Assembly: GCA_963733095.1 (NCBI GenBank)
Contig: CAVTBV010000012.1
Span: 128,001-192,000, forward strand
Reading direction: 5' to 3'
From: Candidatus Bathyarchaeota archaeon
Lineage (GTDB): Archaea > Thermoproteota > Bathyarchaeia > Bathyarchaeales > Bathycorpusculaceae
DNA: 64,000 nucleotides
Each line of letters opens with the position of its first letter. The first letter of the stretch is position 1. This document shows, in pieces, positions 47,679 through 57,828 of this stretch. The notes under the pieces are model-generated. The model was given only the letters and a program-made list of their open reading frames with translations, was not told where the DNA came from and did not search any database. Made by a program: the position numbers and the translations under genes.

Positions 47679-50243
47679 TTAAGGTCGCTTCTTCATCATC
47701 AGTACTACGAGCAAAGCTAGTACTATGATGACCAAGACAAATAGGCCTGCAATTGCTGGGATAAAGTATGTGTCAGCGGTTGATGCTGTTTGCGGTGTTG
47801 GCGTTGCGGTTGCTGCTGATTGGTCTTCAACGAAGAAGGCGTTTTGAGCGACTGATCCATAGTATGCTTCAGAGCCTGCGAATGTTACATATACTGTGTA
47901 ACTACCTGAGATGTCTGGTTTCCAACTGAATTTGTATGCTCCTGTGAGGTCGCTTGTGGTTGTGCCGATTTCACGTAGGTTGCCGTTTGTGTCGAGGACA
48001 CTGACAGTTAATGGTACACCACTTGCGTTGGTTGGGCATTCGAATTGCTTGTAGACATATAGCATCCATCCACTCTGGCTTTCGTCAGAAACTGCTGGAA
48101 CCCCGTCGGGGAACCGCATTTTGATGGCGTCGGTCTGAGTGCCTGGTGAAATATCGGTTACTGAGCCTTTTATTACAACAGTTTTACCGAATTCAACTGA
48201 CACGTCAGGAGCTGACGCTGTTAGTGCAGTGGGGCCTTTGCCAATTGCGTAGATACGTTGGTCATATGTGTCCATAGTTGCAATGATGCTATCGCCGATG
48301 ATTCCGTTACCACCCCAACGAGTCTCACGATACATACCGTTAACTCGCCAAATTTCTGAGCCATCGGTTGCATTAATACAGATGTAGGGTGCGCCCCTTG
48401 GTAGCGGTTGTTCAGCAGAGTGTTCGAGTGTGCCTATGTAGATTTTGTTGTCAACGATTAGGTCTATCCAGCCCCACCAGTTCTCACCAGTAACAGGCTC
48501 TTTGTACGCATCGCTTAATTTGTAAGTCCATGCTGTCTCACCAGTCTTAAGGTCGTAAGCATATAGTATGCCGGCGACACCGACGGAGTAAAGTTTGCCA
48601 TATGCATAGTACCAAGTGTGTTCAACGTTTCCCCAACCGTACATGTCTAAGTAGTTTTCAGGGGTAGTTGCCCAGAGGTATTTGCCAGTTTCCACGCTAA
48701 AACCATAGTGAGTTCTTAGTTCTTTGTCCCAAACTGCGATAACACCATCTTGGACATAGTTGGTTGCTCCGGAATAGTGTAATGTGTTTGAGCCTGTGAG
48801 CCATTCGGAAGGTGCTGACCACCATTCATTGAAGAGTGCTGTTGTTGACTTTGAAGCTGAAGTTAAGCCAGCAATGTTCAGTGCCCATACTTCAACCTTA
48901 GTTTGGTTGAAGAATATTGACATAATTCTGTCTTCAGAGTAGACCTTTGCAAATGGCGCGAAGAAGGATGTGCCAGCTTGCAATCCTGCAGGAATTGTTA
49001 CATTCCACGAATAGCATTTTGGATTCGTTGCGTCGAGTGTCTTTTGGTGTACATTGCTTGCCCAACTACCTAGGTCTGGAGAGTTTGGCTGTGCGGTTTG
49101 CAGTCCGCAGAGTGTTGAGTTCCAAAGTGCCATCCAATTATTTTGGAAGTCAATTTGGTAGATTAGAATTTCACCGCTTGGACCTCGAGTAGTGGCTATG
49201 CCGCTGGGAACGTTAATGAACGAGAATTCCCATTCGCCATTGAAAGGATCATAGGCGTTCCATGTTGAACCATCGTTTGAGTAGAGATATGTGTATACAC
49301 CGTCGACATTGTAGCTGTTCCAATAGAGAATTTGGCCGAATGATAGTGCTGTGTCGTTCTTGAACCAGAGTTTTTCTCCTGTGTGCAGGTCCACTGCTTG
49401 AATGCCATTCACACCAAGCGTATTGCTATAAGTTCCTCCAGGTGCCACGTTGTAGTAGAGTATACCGTTCATTATCACTGAGTTAATGAATTTGCCTTCA
49501 TATGCGTCACCTGATTCAGAAGATGCCTGAATTTGTCCATCGCCCCACAATCCACCAGTCATACCGCCAGTTGTTAAGTCTTTAACCCATAGAGTGTGAG
49601 CAGTAGTTGGTGCGTCGTCGTTGTAGAGTGCTAGTGCATTGTCCGGCATTGTCACCCAGTTGCCCGAGATAGAGTACCATTCTCGAAGTTGCGGATCAAT
49701 TGGGCGACTCCAATATTCAGTTGGAAGAGCATGACCTGGATAATATACCAATGGTTCGGTCGTGACCTCGAGAGTCATTGTCGCAGTGCTTGCTAGCATT
49801 ACAGTTCCCTCGGCAATATACGTGCCTCGTTCAAAATCCATAAAACCAGGAGCTGCCACCGTGTTGTTGGGGAAATTTGTCGTTATTGTATAGTTGCCAA
49901 CTTCTGAAGGCGTGTATTGGGTGAAGCTAGAGCCTGTTGAGTCTGTGGAAAAGGGACCAAGTGTTTCTTTGGTACCGTCAGGTTTTGTAATGGTCAATGT
50001 AATACCTGTCCACATCAGATCGGCGGAGCCCAAGGCTTGGGAAATACCGTATTTAAGTAGTGTTGCTTGTCCAACTCCTGTCGGATTGGGTATGGCATCA
50101 ACTATAGCATAGGTTTGCTGTGTAGGCGCTGCTTGTGCATTGACCGGACTTATTTGTATTGATGTTACAACGGAAATTACAAATGCAAATATTAGCAAAA
50201 TTCCGATTGTTTTTTGTGTTTTCATTTTTTTTCCTCTCAGCAT
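47679..50243 (-). CDS. Secreted PQQ-like beta-propeller surface protein with C-terminal membrane anchor
   Basis: Signal peptide, repeated AxDxxTGxxLW blades, Ig-like ends, Thr/Pro linker, TM plus KKRP; start probably 50225. Confidence 0.88.
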   Translation of the reverse strand: MLRGKKMKTQKTIGILLIFAFVISVVTSIQISPVNAQAAPTQQTYAIVDAIPNPTGVGQATLLKYGISQALGSADLMWTGITLTITKPDGTKETLGPFSTDSTGSSFTQYTPSEVGNYTITTNFPNNTVAAPGFMDFERGTYIAEGTVMLASTATMTLEVTTEPLVYYPGHALPTEYWSRPIDPQLREWYSISGNWVTMPDNALALYNDDAPTTAHTLWVKDLTTGGMTGGLWGDGQIQASSESGDAYEGKFINSVIMNGILYYNVAPGGTYSNTLGVNGIQAVDLHTGEKLWFKNDTALSFGQILYWNSYNVDGVYTYLYSNDGSTWNAYDPFNGEWEFSFINVPSGIATTRGPSGEILIYQIDFQNNWMALWNSTLCGLQTAQPNSPDLGSWASNVHQKTLDATNPKCYSWNVTIPAGLQAGTSFFAPFAKVYSEDRIMSIFFNQTKVEVWALNIAGLTSASKSTTALFNEWWSAPSEWLTGSNTLHYSGATNYVQDGVIAVWDKELRTHYGFSVETGKYLWATTPENYLDMYGWGNVEHTWYYAYGKLYSVGVAGILYAYDLKTGETAWTYKLSDAYKEPVTGENWWGWIDLIVDNKIYIGTLEHSAEQPLPRGAPYICINATDGSEIWRVNGMYRETRWGGNGIIGDSIIATMDTYDQRIYAIGKGPTALTASAPDVSVEFGKTVVIKGSVTDISPGTQTDAIKMRFPDGVPAVSDESQSGWMLYVYKQFECPTNASGVPLTVSVLDTNGNLREIGTTTSDLTGAYKFSWKPDISGSYTVYVTFAGSEAYYGSVAQNAFFVEDQSAATATPTPQTASTADTYFIPAIAGLFVLVIIVLALLVVLMMKKRP

Positions 50244-50401
50244 TTTTCTTTTTGATTTTATATAAGCAGACCATGTTATATTCCAAACAATGGCCAGCTA
50301 GCTTTATTTTGTATCAAATAATCCGCATTTAAAGCTAAGTGGCAAGTGGGTAATGACAACTGAAAAAATAGCTAATTCTTCAAAAAGTTGGCTATAATAA
50401 C

Positions 50402-50790
50402 GAGTTTTACCCATGTCAAGCCACAATTGCTCAGGTCTTTAGTCCCACAGAGTACAAGCAGTAAGAGGAAATCAGCAATGTAGATGCAGGGGTTGTATGA
50501 AATTGTCGCCCGATTGCCTGAGTTTGAGTACAATGACCTATGGTCACTCAAATAGTCTGTTGGAAAGCCTGAACTGGATTAGTCGGGCAAATCCGGCAGC
50601 AATACTGCGTCATCGAGTACTTCACTGAGACTTGCTAAGAATGTGGTGTCACCAGTTAAGAAGTATTGCCTTCAAAGTTGAAGAAATCGTTGTCATGGGT
50701 TTTTCTGTTCAGGAAAGTGAATTGTTATTCGGTATTAATCGGATTGATTAATTGTTCCATCGGCGAGCACTTCAATTAGTAAATTGCCAA
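50402..50790 (-). pseudogene. Heavily decayed N-terminal fragment of a beta-propeller paralog
   Basis: Pieces YRITIHFP, DFFNFEG, TTFLAS, FPTDY, YSNSGNRAT, TKDLSNCGLT are collinear with YTITTNFP, FMDFERG, TVMLAS, LPTEY, YSISGNWVT, VKDLTTGGMT of the adjacent gene. Confidence 0.65.
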
Positions 50791-51463
50791 ATTCGTGAAA
50801 ATGTTGTATGAAAAATACCGAGTAGGTTTGGACACTCAGGGTAATGAACAATTTTTGTTTCAACCCAAAAGCATCTCCTTGCGATATTATCGATAAGTAA
50901 TGTCAAATAATTAAAAGGAGGTTTTGCGGGTGATGCTTTCAATGCTTTGAGGGCCGAATCCCACCCTACACAATGGTGAATGGATTGAAGATACCAAAAT
51001 AAGTAAATTTATTGACCGGAAATTTCTTTTGTTTGGTTTTTTGTGTGATTGGGTTTGTTTTTATGAACACAGCTGCTACGGGTTTAGTGGCGGATATTGA
51101 TAAATGGACCATGTGGTGCTTGATCGCATCGTGCAATCATTGCTTTCTTTTGCGGTCCATGGATACCCAAAATTGCGTACCTGCAACCTACTTGGGTCTT
51201 ATAGGGGCATAGTGGGTCCAATTAGCAGATCTATGCACAAACTATAGAGGAGTCTACTCCCCTAAGAGAGGTAGGTCGCATTTTCTAAAACCTGCTCATT
51301 TACATGTTGAAAATCAGTACTTCAAAACGCCGGATTTGTGCATAAGTAATCTTACGCCTTTGTAGTTATCACTGGCGTTGCGTCAACATATTTATTGGGA
51401 AGGGCAGAAAACTGCAACGTTAAATTAGCAGAAGTTCAATAGACTAGTCAGGTAAGATTTACG

Positions 51464-52267
51464 ATGAATGATACAAGACCCATAATCCTTAAAATCGGCG
51501 GCTCAGCCATCACCGACAAAACCGGAGAGTTAGCGGCAAAAACCGAAATCATAAACCGCTTGGCAGAAGAAATCAAGCGCGCAGACCTCGACAACCTAAT
51601 CGTTGTACACGGAGGGGGAAGTTTTGGTCACCCAACAGCACTAAAATATGGGTTAAAGGAAGGCTACAATGAGGACCCAACTCAGAAGTTGGGCTTTGCG
51701 GAAACCCATCATGTTATGACGGTTCTGAACGGTTTAGTTATGGATGCTATGATTTGGCATGAAACCCCAGCCGTGAGTATTGCGCCTTCGTCTTGTTTCT
51801 TGACGGAGAACGGAAAAATCAAGTTCTTCGACGAAACCGTCCTTAAAGCCATGCAAAAGATGAATTTTACCCCAGTCATGTATGGCGATGCGGTTTTAGA
51901 TGAAAAATTAGGCTTCACAATCCTCTCAGGCGACCAACTTGTAGCTTACTTAGCCATTAAATACAATGCTTCAAAAATCGTCGTTGGCACAGACACAGAC
52001 GGCTTATTCGACGCAGACCCAAAAACTAACCCAGATGCAAAACCCTACAAGAAACTAACTCTAAAAGAACTCAAAGATATCCAGCCTAAACTCGGCAAAG
52101 CCCAAGGCAAAGATGTTACCGGCGGCATGGCAGGCAAAATAGAATCACTTATCCCAGCAATCGAAGCGGGAGTCCATGTCACTGTTACGGGTGCAACAAA
52201 AGGGTTATCTATTTACAGGGCACTAACAGACCAAAGTGTGTTAGGCACTGAAATAGAGAAGAGCTAA
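51464..52267 (+). CDS. ipk: Isopentenyl phosphate kinase
   Basis: LKIGGSAITDK, VHGGGSFGH, ILSGD, DVTGGMAGK. Confidence 0.93.
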   Translation: MNDTRPIILKIGGSAITDKTGELAAKTEIINRLAEEIKRADLDNLIVVHGGGSFGHPTALKYGLKEGYNEDPTQKLGFAETHHVMTVLNGLVMDAMIWHETPAVSIAPSSCFLTENGKIKFFDETVLKAMQKMNFTPVMYGDAVLDEKLGFTILSGDQLVAYLAIKYNASKIVVGTDTDGLFDADPKTNPDAKPYKKLTLKELKDIQPKLGKAQGKDVTGGMAGKIESLIPAIEAGVHVTVTGATKGLSIYRALTDQSVLGTEIEKS

Positions 52268-52268
52268 G

Positions 52269-53363
52269 ATGGCTGAAACTACTGGCAAACGCAAAATAGA
52301 CCATATTAGGATTTGCTTGGATAAGAAAGCTCAAGCCAAAAACGCTACGGCGGGCTTTGAGGATGTTCAGTTGGTTCATCGTGCTTTGCCAGAGATTAAT
52401 AAATCAAACATCAATCTTTCAACCACTTTTTTAGGAAAAAAATTCAAAGCACCCATCATCGTAGGCGCCATGACGGGCGGTGCCGAAGAAGCAACCAAAA
52501 TTAACGCTTCCATCGCGGAAGCAGTGGAAGAACTTGGGCTGGGTATGGGGGTTGGGAGCCAAAGAGCAGCCATCGAAGACCCAAACTTGGAGAAAACCTA
52601 TCGGGTAGCACGCGAAAAAGCGCCCCATGGGTTTTTAATCGCTAACATCGGCGGAGTGCAATTGGTTCATGGGTACGGCTTAAAAGAGGTTAAGAAAGTC
52701 GTAGAAATGATAGATGCCGATGCGGTCGCGGTTCATTTGAATGCGTTACAGGAAGCAGTTCAGCCTGAGGGTCAAACTAACTTTAAAGGCGTATTAGCCA
52801 AGATTGCAGAGGCAGCCAGCGCACTTGAGGTCCCAGTCATAGTCAAAGAAACGGGCGCAGGCATATCAGCGGAAGATGCCAAAGCACTCAAAAACGCAGG
52901 CGTCAAAGCCATTGACGTTGGCGGTGTGGGCGGAACCAGTTTTGCAGCCGTCGAATATTACCGTTCAACCAAACAAAAAGACGTTTACTTAGGGGAGGCG
53001 TTCTGGGACTGGGGAATACCCACAGCAATCAGTCTAATAGAAACCGCACAAACTGTCAAGTTACCCCTGATTGCGTCGGGCGGCATACGAAGCGGAACCG
53101 ACATAGCCAAAACATTAGCTCTTGGCGCAAGCTTAGCCAGTGTGTCTCAACCTATTCTGGAAACAGCAGTTAAAGGCGCCAAAGAAACCCGAGAAAAACT
53201 TTCCTGCCTAATCGAGGAACTGCGAAATGTCATGTTTCTTGTTGGCGCAGAAAAACTAAACGATTTATCCAAGTCGCCTGTTGTGTTAACTGGCAAGACC
53301 GCTCAGTGGCTTCAAGCCCGCGGATTCAACTTGGAAACATACGCTAAAAGAGGAGCACATTAA
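52269..53363 (+). CDS. fni: Type 2 isopentenyl-diphosphate delta-isomerase
   Basis: RKIDHI, AMTGG, GSQRA, HLNALQEAVQPEG, VKETG, WGIPT. Confidence 0.96.
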   Translation: MAETTGKRKIDHIRICLDKKAQAKNATAGFEDVQLVHRALPEINKSNINLSTTFLGKKFKAPIIVGAMTGGAEEATKINASIAEAVEELGLGMGVGSQRAAIEDPNLEKTYRVAREKAPHGFLIANIGGVQLVHGYGLKEVKKVVEMIDADAVAVHLNALQEAVQPEGQTNFKGVLAKIAEAASALEVPVIVKETGAGISAEDAKALKNAGVKAIDVGGVGGTSFAAVEYYRSTKQKDVYLGEAFWDWGIPTAISLIETAQTVKLPLIASGGIRSGTDIAKTLALGASLASVSQPILETAVKGAKETREKLSCLIEELRNVMFLVGAEKLNDLSKSPVVLTGKTAQWLQARGFNLETYAKRGAH

Positions 53364-53364
53364 C

Positions 53365-54435
53365 TTGGATATTGAAAAGTTTCTTGAACAAACAGCACCT
53401 TTAGTCGACAAAGCCATCGAAAAATACATCCCTAGAAAATTCACAAGGGACGCGGTTCTCTTCAAAGTTAACCCGCCCATGTATAGTTACACTTTGGAGC
53501 CCATAAATAAGGCGATTGCTGACCCTATCTGGGATATGCTGGATAGAGGTGGAAAACGTTGGCGCCCAACCCTCTTCCTTCTCATCTGTGAAGCCTTAGG
53601 AAAAAACGCCGATTATTGTTTAGATTTCTCAATTATTCCCGAAGTCATCCACAACGGCACACTCGTCATCGACGACATAGAAGACTCATCCGAACTCCGC
53701 AGAGGCAAACCCTGCACCTACAAGATTTTTCAAATGGATATCGCAGTTAACGCCGGAAACGCAATGTACTATCTGCCGCTTATGCCATTGATGGCTCAGA
53801 GAGCAGAACTGTCTCCTGAGGTTCAGCGGGATGTATACGAAGTTTACGTTCAAGAAATGATTAACCTAAGCATGGGACAAGCCATGGACATCGCTTGGCA
53901 TCGAGGCATAGCAAACGCCGACGACTTGAGCCAAGACGATTACTTGCAGATGTGTGCTTACAAAACGGGCACTCTTGCTCGCATGGCAGCAAAAATGGCG
54001 GCGGTTATAGCAGGCGCCAACAAACCCTTAGTCGAAAAACTCGGACGCTTCGCAGAAAGCATCGGCGTTGCCTTCCAGATGCAGGATGACATCTTGGATT
54101 TGACAGGGCAAGAATTCGCTGCAAAAAAAGGTGGCGTTGGACAGGATATTACCGAGGGCAAACGGTCCTTGATGGTTATTTACACACTCAAAAAAGCCAG
54201 CAGCACTGACAAGAAACGACTAATAGAAATTCTAAACCTTCACACTTCCGACCAAAAACTCCGTGACGAAGCCATCGCCCTGATGCAGAAGTATGGCGCC
54301 ATGGATCACGTGAAACAAACTGCAGAAAAGATGGTTACGGAAAGCTGGAACGAAGCAGAAAAACTGTTGCCGACTCTTGAAGCTAAGGAAAAATTAAAAG
54401 CGTTCGCCGAATTCTTGATACAACGAAGCAAGTAA
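53365..54435 (+). CDS. idsA: Geranylgeranyl diphosphate (polyprenyl) synthase
   Basis: GGKRWRP, DDIED..RRG, GQAMD, KTG, FQMQDDILD. Confidence 0.92.
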   Translation: MDIEKFLEQTAPLVDKAIEKYIPRKFTRDAVLFKVNPPMYSYTLEPINKAIADPIWDMLDRGGKRWRPTLFLLICEALGKNADYCLDFSIIPEVIHNGTLVIDDIEDSSELRRGKPCTYKIFQMDIAVNAGNAMYYLPLMPLMAQRAELSPEVQRDVYEVYVQEMINLSMGQAMDIAWHRGIANADDLSQDDYLQMCAYKTGTLARMAAKMAAVIAGANKPLVEKLGRFAESIGVAFQMQDDILDLTGQEFAAKKGGVGQDITEGKRSLMVIYTLKKASSTDKKRLIEILNLHTSDQKLRDEAIALMQKYGAMDHVKQTAEKMVTESWNEAEKLLPTLEAKEKLKAFAEFLIQRSK

Positions 54436-54451
54436 AGCGAGCGTATTTGAT

Positions 54452-56203
54452 TTGGCATTAGAAAACGATATTGAATTACGTGAGTTTATTCGAAAAGTTG
54501 CCCTGCTAAATGCGGTTTCGCATGATGGCAAAGCCCAAGCGGGTGCGATGGTTGGCAAGATTCTTGGCGAAAAAGCTGAGTTCCGCAGTCGCGTAAAGGA
54601 ACTCTCAGGCGTAATTAATGCAGTTGTTGGTGAGGTTAACGGTTTATCGCTCTCTGAGCAGAAGGCTATTGTCGAGAAGAATTGGCCTGAAACCCAAAAG
54701 AAAGAGAAGGCTGAAGAGAAACATCTTCCACCTTTGCCGAACGCTGACAAATATTCAAAAATCGTGACTCGTTTTTCCCCCAACCCCGACTGCGTTCTGC
54801 ACTTGGGTTCGGCAAGAGCCATATTTCTAAGCCATGAGTACGCGCGCATTTACAACGGCAAATTCATCCTCCGCTTCGAAGACACCGACCCCAAAGTGAA
54901 AAAACCCGCCCTCAAATTCTACGACACCATCCGCCAAGACCTGAAATGGCTCGGCTGCACCATCGACGAAGAATACATACAAAGCGACCGTATTCCCGTA
55001 TACTACCAATACACCGAGAAACTCATCGGTGAGGGCAACGCCTATGTCTGCACGTGTATTCCTGATGAATTCCGTACATTAACCTTGGCGAAGCAGCCGT
55101 GTCCCTGCCGAAACCTATCTGTCAGTGAGCAACTGGAGCGTTGGCAACGCATGCTAAACGGCGGCTACCAAGAGGGACAGGCTGTTGTCCGCGTGAAGAC
55201 TGATTTGGATAATCCTAACCCCGCAGTTCGAGACTGGCCAGCTCTGCGCATAATCGACACTAAAAAGTATCCGCATCCCCGAGTTGGAAGCAAATACACT
55301 GTTTGGCCCCTCTACAACCTTGCAGCAGGGTTAGATGACCACTTAATGGGCATGACCCACATTATCCGCGGCAAAGAACATTATACCAACATGGTTCGCC
55401 AAAAATACATGTACCAGCACCTTGGTTGGGAATATCCTGAAGCCATCCATTACGGAAGGTTAAAGATTACAGGTGCGGCGCTGAGCAAATCAAAAATCGT
55501 TGCAGGTATAAAAGAAGGCGACTTTGCAGATTTTGATGACCCACGCCTAGGTACGTTCCAAGCGCTTCGTAAACGAGGTATCACGCCCGAAGCTATTAAA
55601 AAAATGATAATCGACGTCGGCATCAAACCCAACGATGTCACGCTCAGCTGGGAAAACCTCTACGCCTACAACCGCAAAATTCTCGATGCAACCAGCAACC
55701 GCTACTTCTTCGTAGCGCATCCCGTCGAACTTAAAGTGTCTGGGCTTCCTAAATCTTTCGAGGCGAAGTTGCCTTTGCATCCAGAGACTCCCGACCGTGG
55801 CTTTAGAGAATACAGCGTTAAACCCGAAGGAGAAGAGAACGCTGTTAGTTTGTGGATTTCTGGAAAGGACGCTCAAGATATGGAGATAGGGCAAACAATT
55901 CGGCTAATTGAGCTCTTTAATATAAAAATCCAGAGCAAAACCGACACCTGCATTTCTGCACAGTTTGACAGCGAATCCTACGAGGACGTGAGGAAAATCA
56001 AGGTGCAGCTAATCCAGTGGATACCAAAAAACCAAGAATACCCTACCCAAGTTATCCAGCAGGACGCTTCGGTTGTAGATGGATTTGCTGAGTCAGCTTG
56101 CAAAAAGTTAAAGCCAGACGCAATCATACAGTTTGAACGGTTCGGCTTTGTACGAGTAGACAAAGTCGCCGATAACCTAGTCGTTTACTTTGCCCAAAAA
56201 TAG
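54452..56203 (+). CDS. gltX: Glutamate--tRNA ligase
   Basis: RFSPNP, HLGS, LRFEDTDP, IRGKEH, LSKS, QFERFGF. Confidence 0.96.
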   Translation: MALENDIELREFIRKVALLNAVSHDGKAQAGAMVGKILGEKAEFRSRVKELSGVINAVVGEVNGLSLSEQKAIVEKNWPETQKKEKAEEKHLPPLPNADKYSKIVTRFSPNPDCVLHLGSARAIFLSHEYARIYNGKFILRFEDTDPKVKKPALKFYDTIRQDLKWLGCTIDEEYIQSDRIPVYYQYTEKLIGEGNAYVCTCIPDEFRTLTLAKQPCPCRNLSVSEQLERWQRMLNGGYQEGQAVVRVKTDLDNPNPAVRDWPALRIIDTKKYPHPRVGSKYTVWPLYNLAAGLDDHLMGMTHIIRGKEHYTNMVRQKYMYQHLGWEYPEAIHYGRLKITGAALSKSKIVAGIKEGDFADFDDPRLGTFQALRKRGITPEAIKKMIIDVGIKPNDVTLSWENLYAYNRKILDATSNRYFFVAHPVELKVSGLPKSFEAKLPLHPETPDRGFREYSVKPEGEENAVSLWISGKDAQDMEIGQTIRLIELFNIKIQSKTDTCISAQFDSESYEDVRKIKVQLIQWIPKNQEYPTQVIQQDASVVDGFAESACKKLKPDAIIQFERFGFVRVDKVADNLVVYFAQK

Positions 56204-56216
56204 GTGAAAAAATTAC

Positions 56217-56531
56217 ATGCGTAAACTCGACCATCAAGCTATAATCTGGCCAGTCTACTTCGACTGCAACAAAACTCGAATGGATGGACGCCGAGTCCCA
56301 AAAAACTGCGCTGTGCAATCGCCAAAAATCTTGGAACTCAAAGAAGCAGCTGACAAACTTGGCTTACAAAACGAAGTTAACCTTGAAGCACATCATCCCA
56401 GGATGCCCTGGGCTAAGACGGGCATGATGCTTGTGGAAAAGAACGAGCCGAAAGAAAAAATAATCCAAAAAATCGCAAAGCAACTAGTAAAAATTAAGAG
56501 CCAGCAAGCTCAGATACCAGCAAAACGATAA
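56217..56531 (+). CDS. srp19: Signal recognition particle 19 kDa protein
   Basis: IWPVYFD..KTR..GRRVPK..AV..P...HPR.PW. Confidence 0.93.
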   Translation: MRKLDHQAIIWPVYFDCNKTRMDGRRVPKNCAVQSPKILELKEAADKLGLQNEVNLEAHHPRMPWAKTGMMLVEKNEPKEKIIQKIAKQLVKIKSQQAQIPAKR

Positions 56532-56553
56532 AAAAATATTTTTTAAATAAAAA

Positions 56554-56946
56554 TTATGCTTTTTCTTTGGTTATGAGGACAGCGTTGATTATGCCGTCGC
56601 TGCCAGGTCTACTGGTAACTTTTGCTAAGCCCAGGGCAGTTTCTATTTCTGCGCCTTTTGTGATGACGCCTCTGCGGTTGTAATCTACGTTCGCACCATT
56701 CTTGACGACGCGGGTGATTTCGGTTTTCTCTGTCTTGCCGCTTTTAGGGTCAGTTACTGAAGCGTATTTATCACTAAGGACTTTGATCTTGCGGATGCCG
56801 CCCATACCTCGGGTGGTCTTGCGTCTTGGCTCCCCAAGAACTGTCTCCGCTGGAAAACCGCCTGCCTCATACTTCTTCTTGCTTCGGTAAGCTCTTTTTT
56901 TGCCGCCTGAAAGCTTTCTTTTACGTAAACTGCTATGAGTAGACAT
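56554..56946 (-). CDS. rps8e: 30S ribosomal protein S8e
   Basis: RKLSGG, RGVITKGAEI, VTSRPGSDG.INAV. Confidence 0.96.
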   Translation of the reverse strand: MSTHSSLRKRKLSGGKKRAYRSKKKYEAGGFPAETVLGEPRRKTTRGMGGIRKIKVLSDKYASVTDPKSGKTEKTEITRVVKNGANVDYNRRGVITKGAEIETALGLAKVTSRPGSDGIINAVLITKEKA

Positions 56947-57174
56947 AATCTACATATCCTTAATTCGAGTAGCAACTAAAACCGTGGATTTCAATATAAA
57001 TGTATCCGTTAACAGACCAAAGTTCGGTGGCTTGTCAGGGTTTTTGTTTAGAAGCAATATCCAAAAAACCCCCATGCCACAATAACAACCAACAGGTCGC
57101 CAACCAGTTAAATTTTGTTTTCTAAGTCGGTGTTGACTCTTTCAGGGGTGTAAGTCATTGCAAGTAGATGCATT

Positions 57175-57828
57175 CTATGTTTGTTCAGTAGTGTTTTCTT
57201 GGTTTTCTTTTTGCTGCCTCTCCACCAAATCCTCTTTTATGGCTTCCCCAAATATTTTCTTGAGGTCTTTCTTCATAACGGATGTGTCGGTTGTTAAGCC
57301 GAAGTAGTCAGAGAAATAATCCGTGGTTTTCAGTGCCAATGTGCGGCCACTGCGTTCAGTGATTATTAAGCCCATATCCTTAAGCATTTTAACGTGTCCA
57401 TAGGCGTGTTGTCCTCGGACATCGATGACTCTTTTCTGTGATATTGGCTGGCGATACGCGATGTAGGAAAGCGTTTTGAGCGGACCGGACGAAAGCAGGG
57501 GGCGATTCACCAATTTCTTAATCAGGTGAGTAAAGTCTGCTTTCACCTGCAAAACGTAACGCTCATTCTTAAGAGGTAAAATCTCTAGCGCCGTATTGCG
57601 TGCACCATATTCTTTCACGAGTGTTTCAACGTAGCTTTGGGTTCTCTTCTTGGAGCGGCTGCCTACAACTTGACATAACTCGTTTAAGTCGAGTGGGCGA
57701 CCAGCAACGTAGAGAGCTGCCTCTAACAGTGCCAGATGATGGGCTTTTCGGTCGATTTCCTGTGATTGCTCAGCCTCAGGAGTCAAGCTTGAGCCTTGCT
57801 CATTTAATGGGTTTTTCGGCTTTTCCAA
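57175..57828 (-). CDS. scpB: SMC-Scp complex subunit ScpB
   Basis: LEAALY, LKTLSYIAYRQPI, RG, TT..F.DYFGL. Confidence 0.92.
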   Translation of the reverse strand: MEKPKNPLNEQGSSLTPEAEQSQEIDRKAHHLALLEAALYVAGRPLDLNELCQVVGSRSKKRTQSYVETLVKEYGARNTALEILPLKNERYVLQVKADFTHLIKKLVNRPLLSSGPLKTLSYIAYRQPISQKRVIDVRGQHAYGHVKMLKDMGLIITERSGRTLALKTTDYFSDYFGLTTDTSVMKKDLKKIFGEAIKEDLVERQQKENQENTTEQT

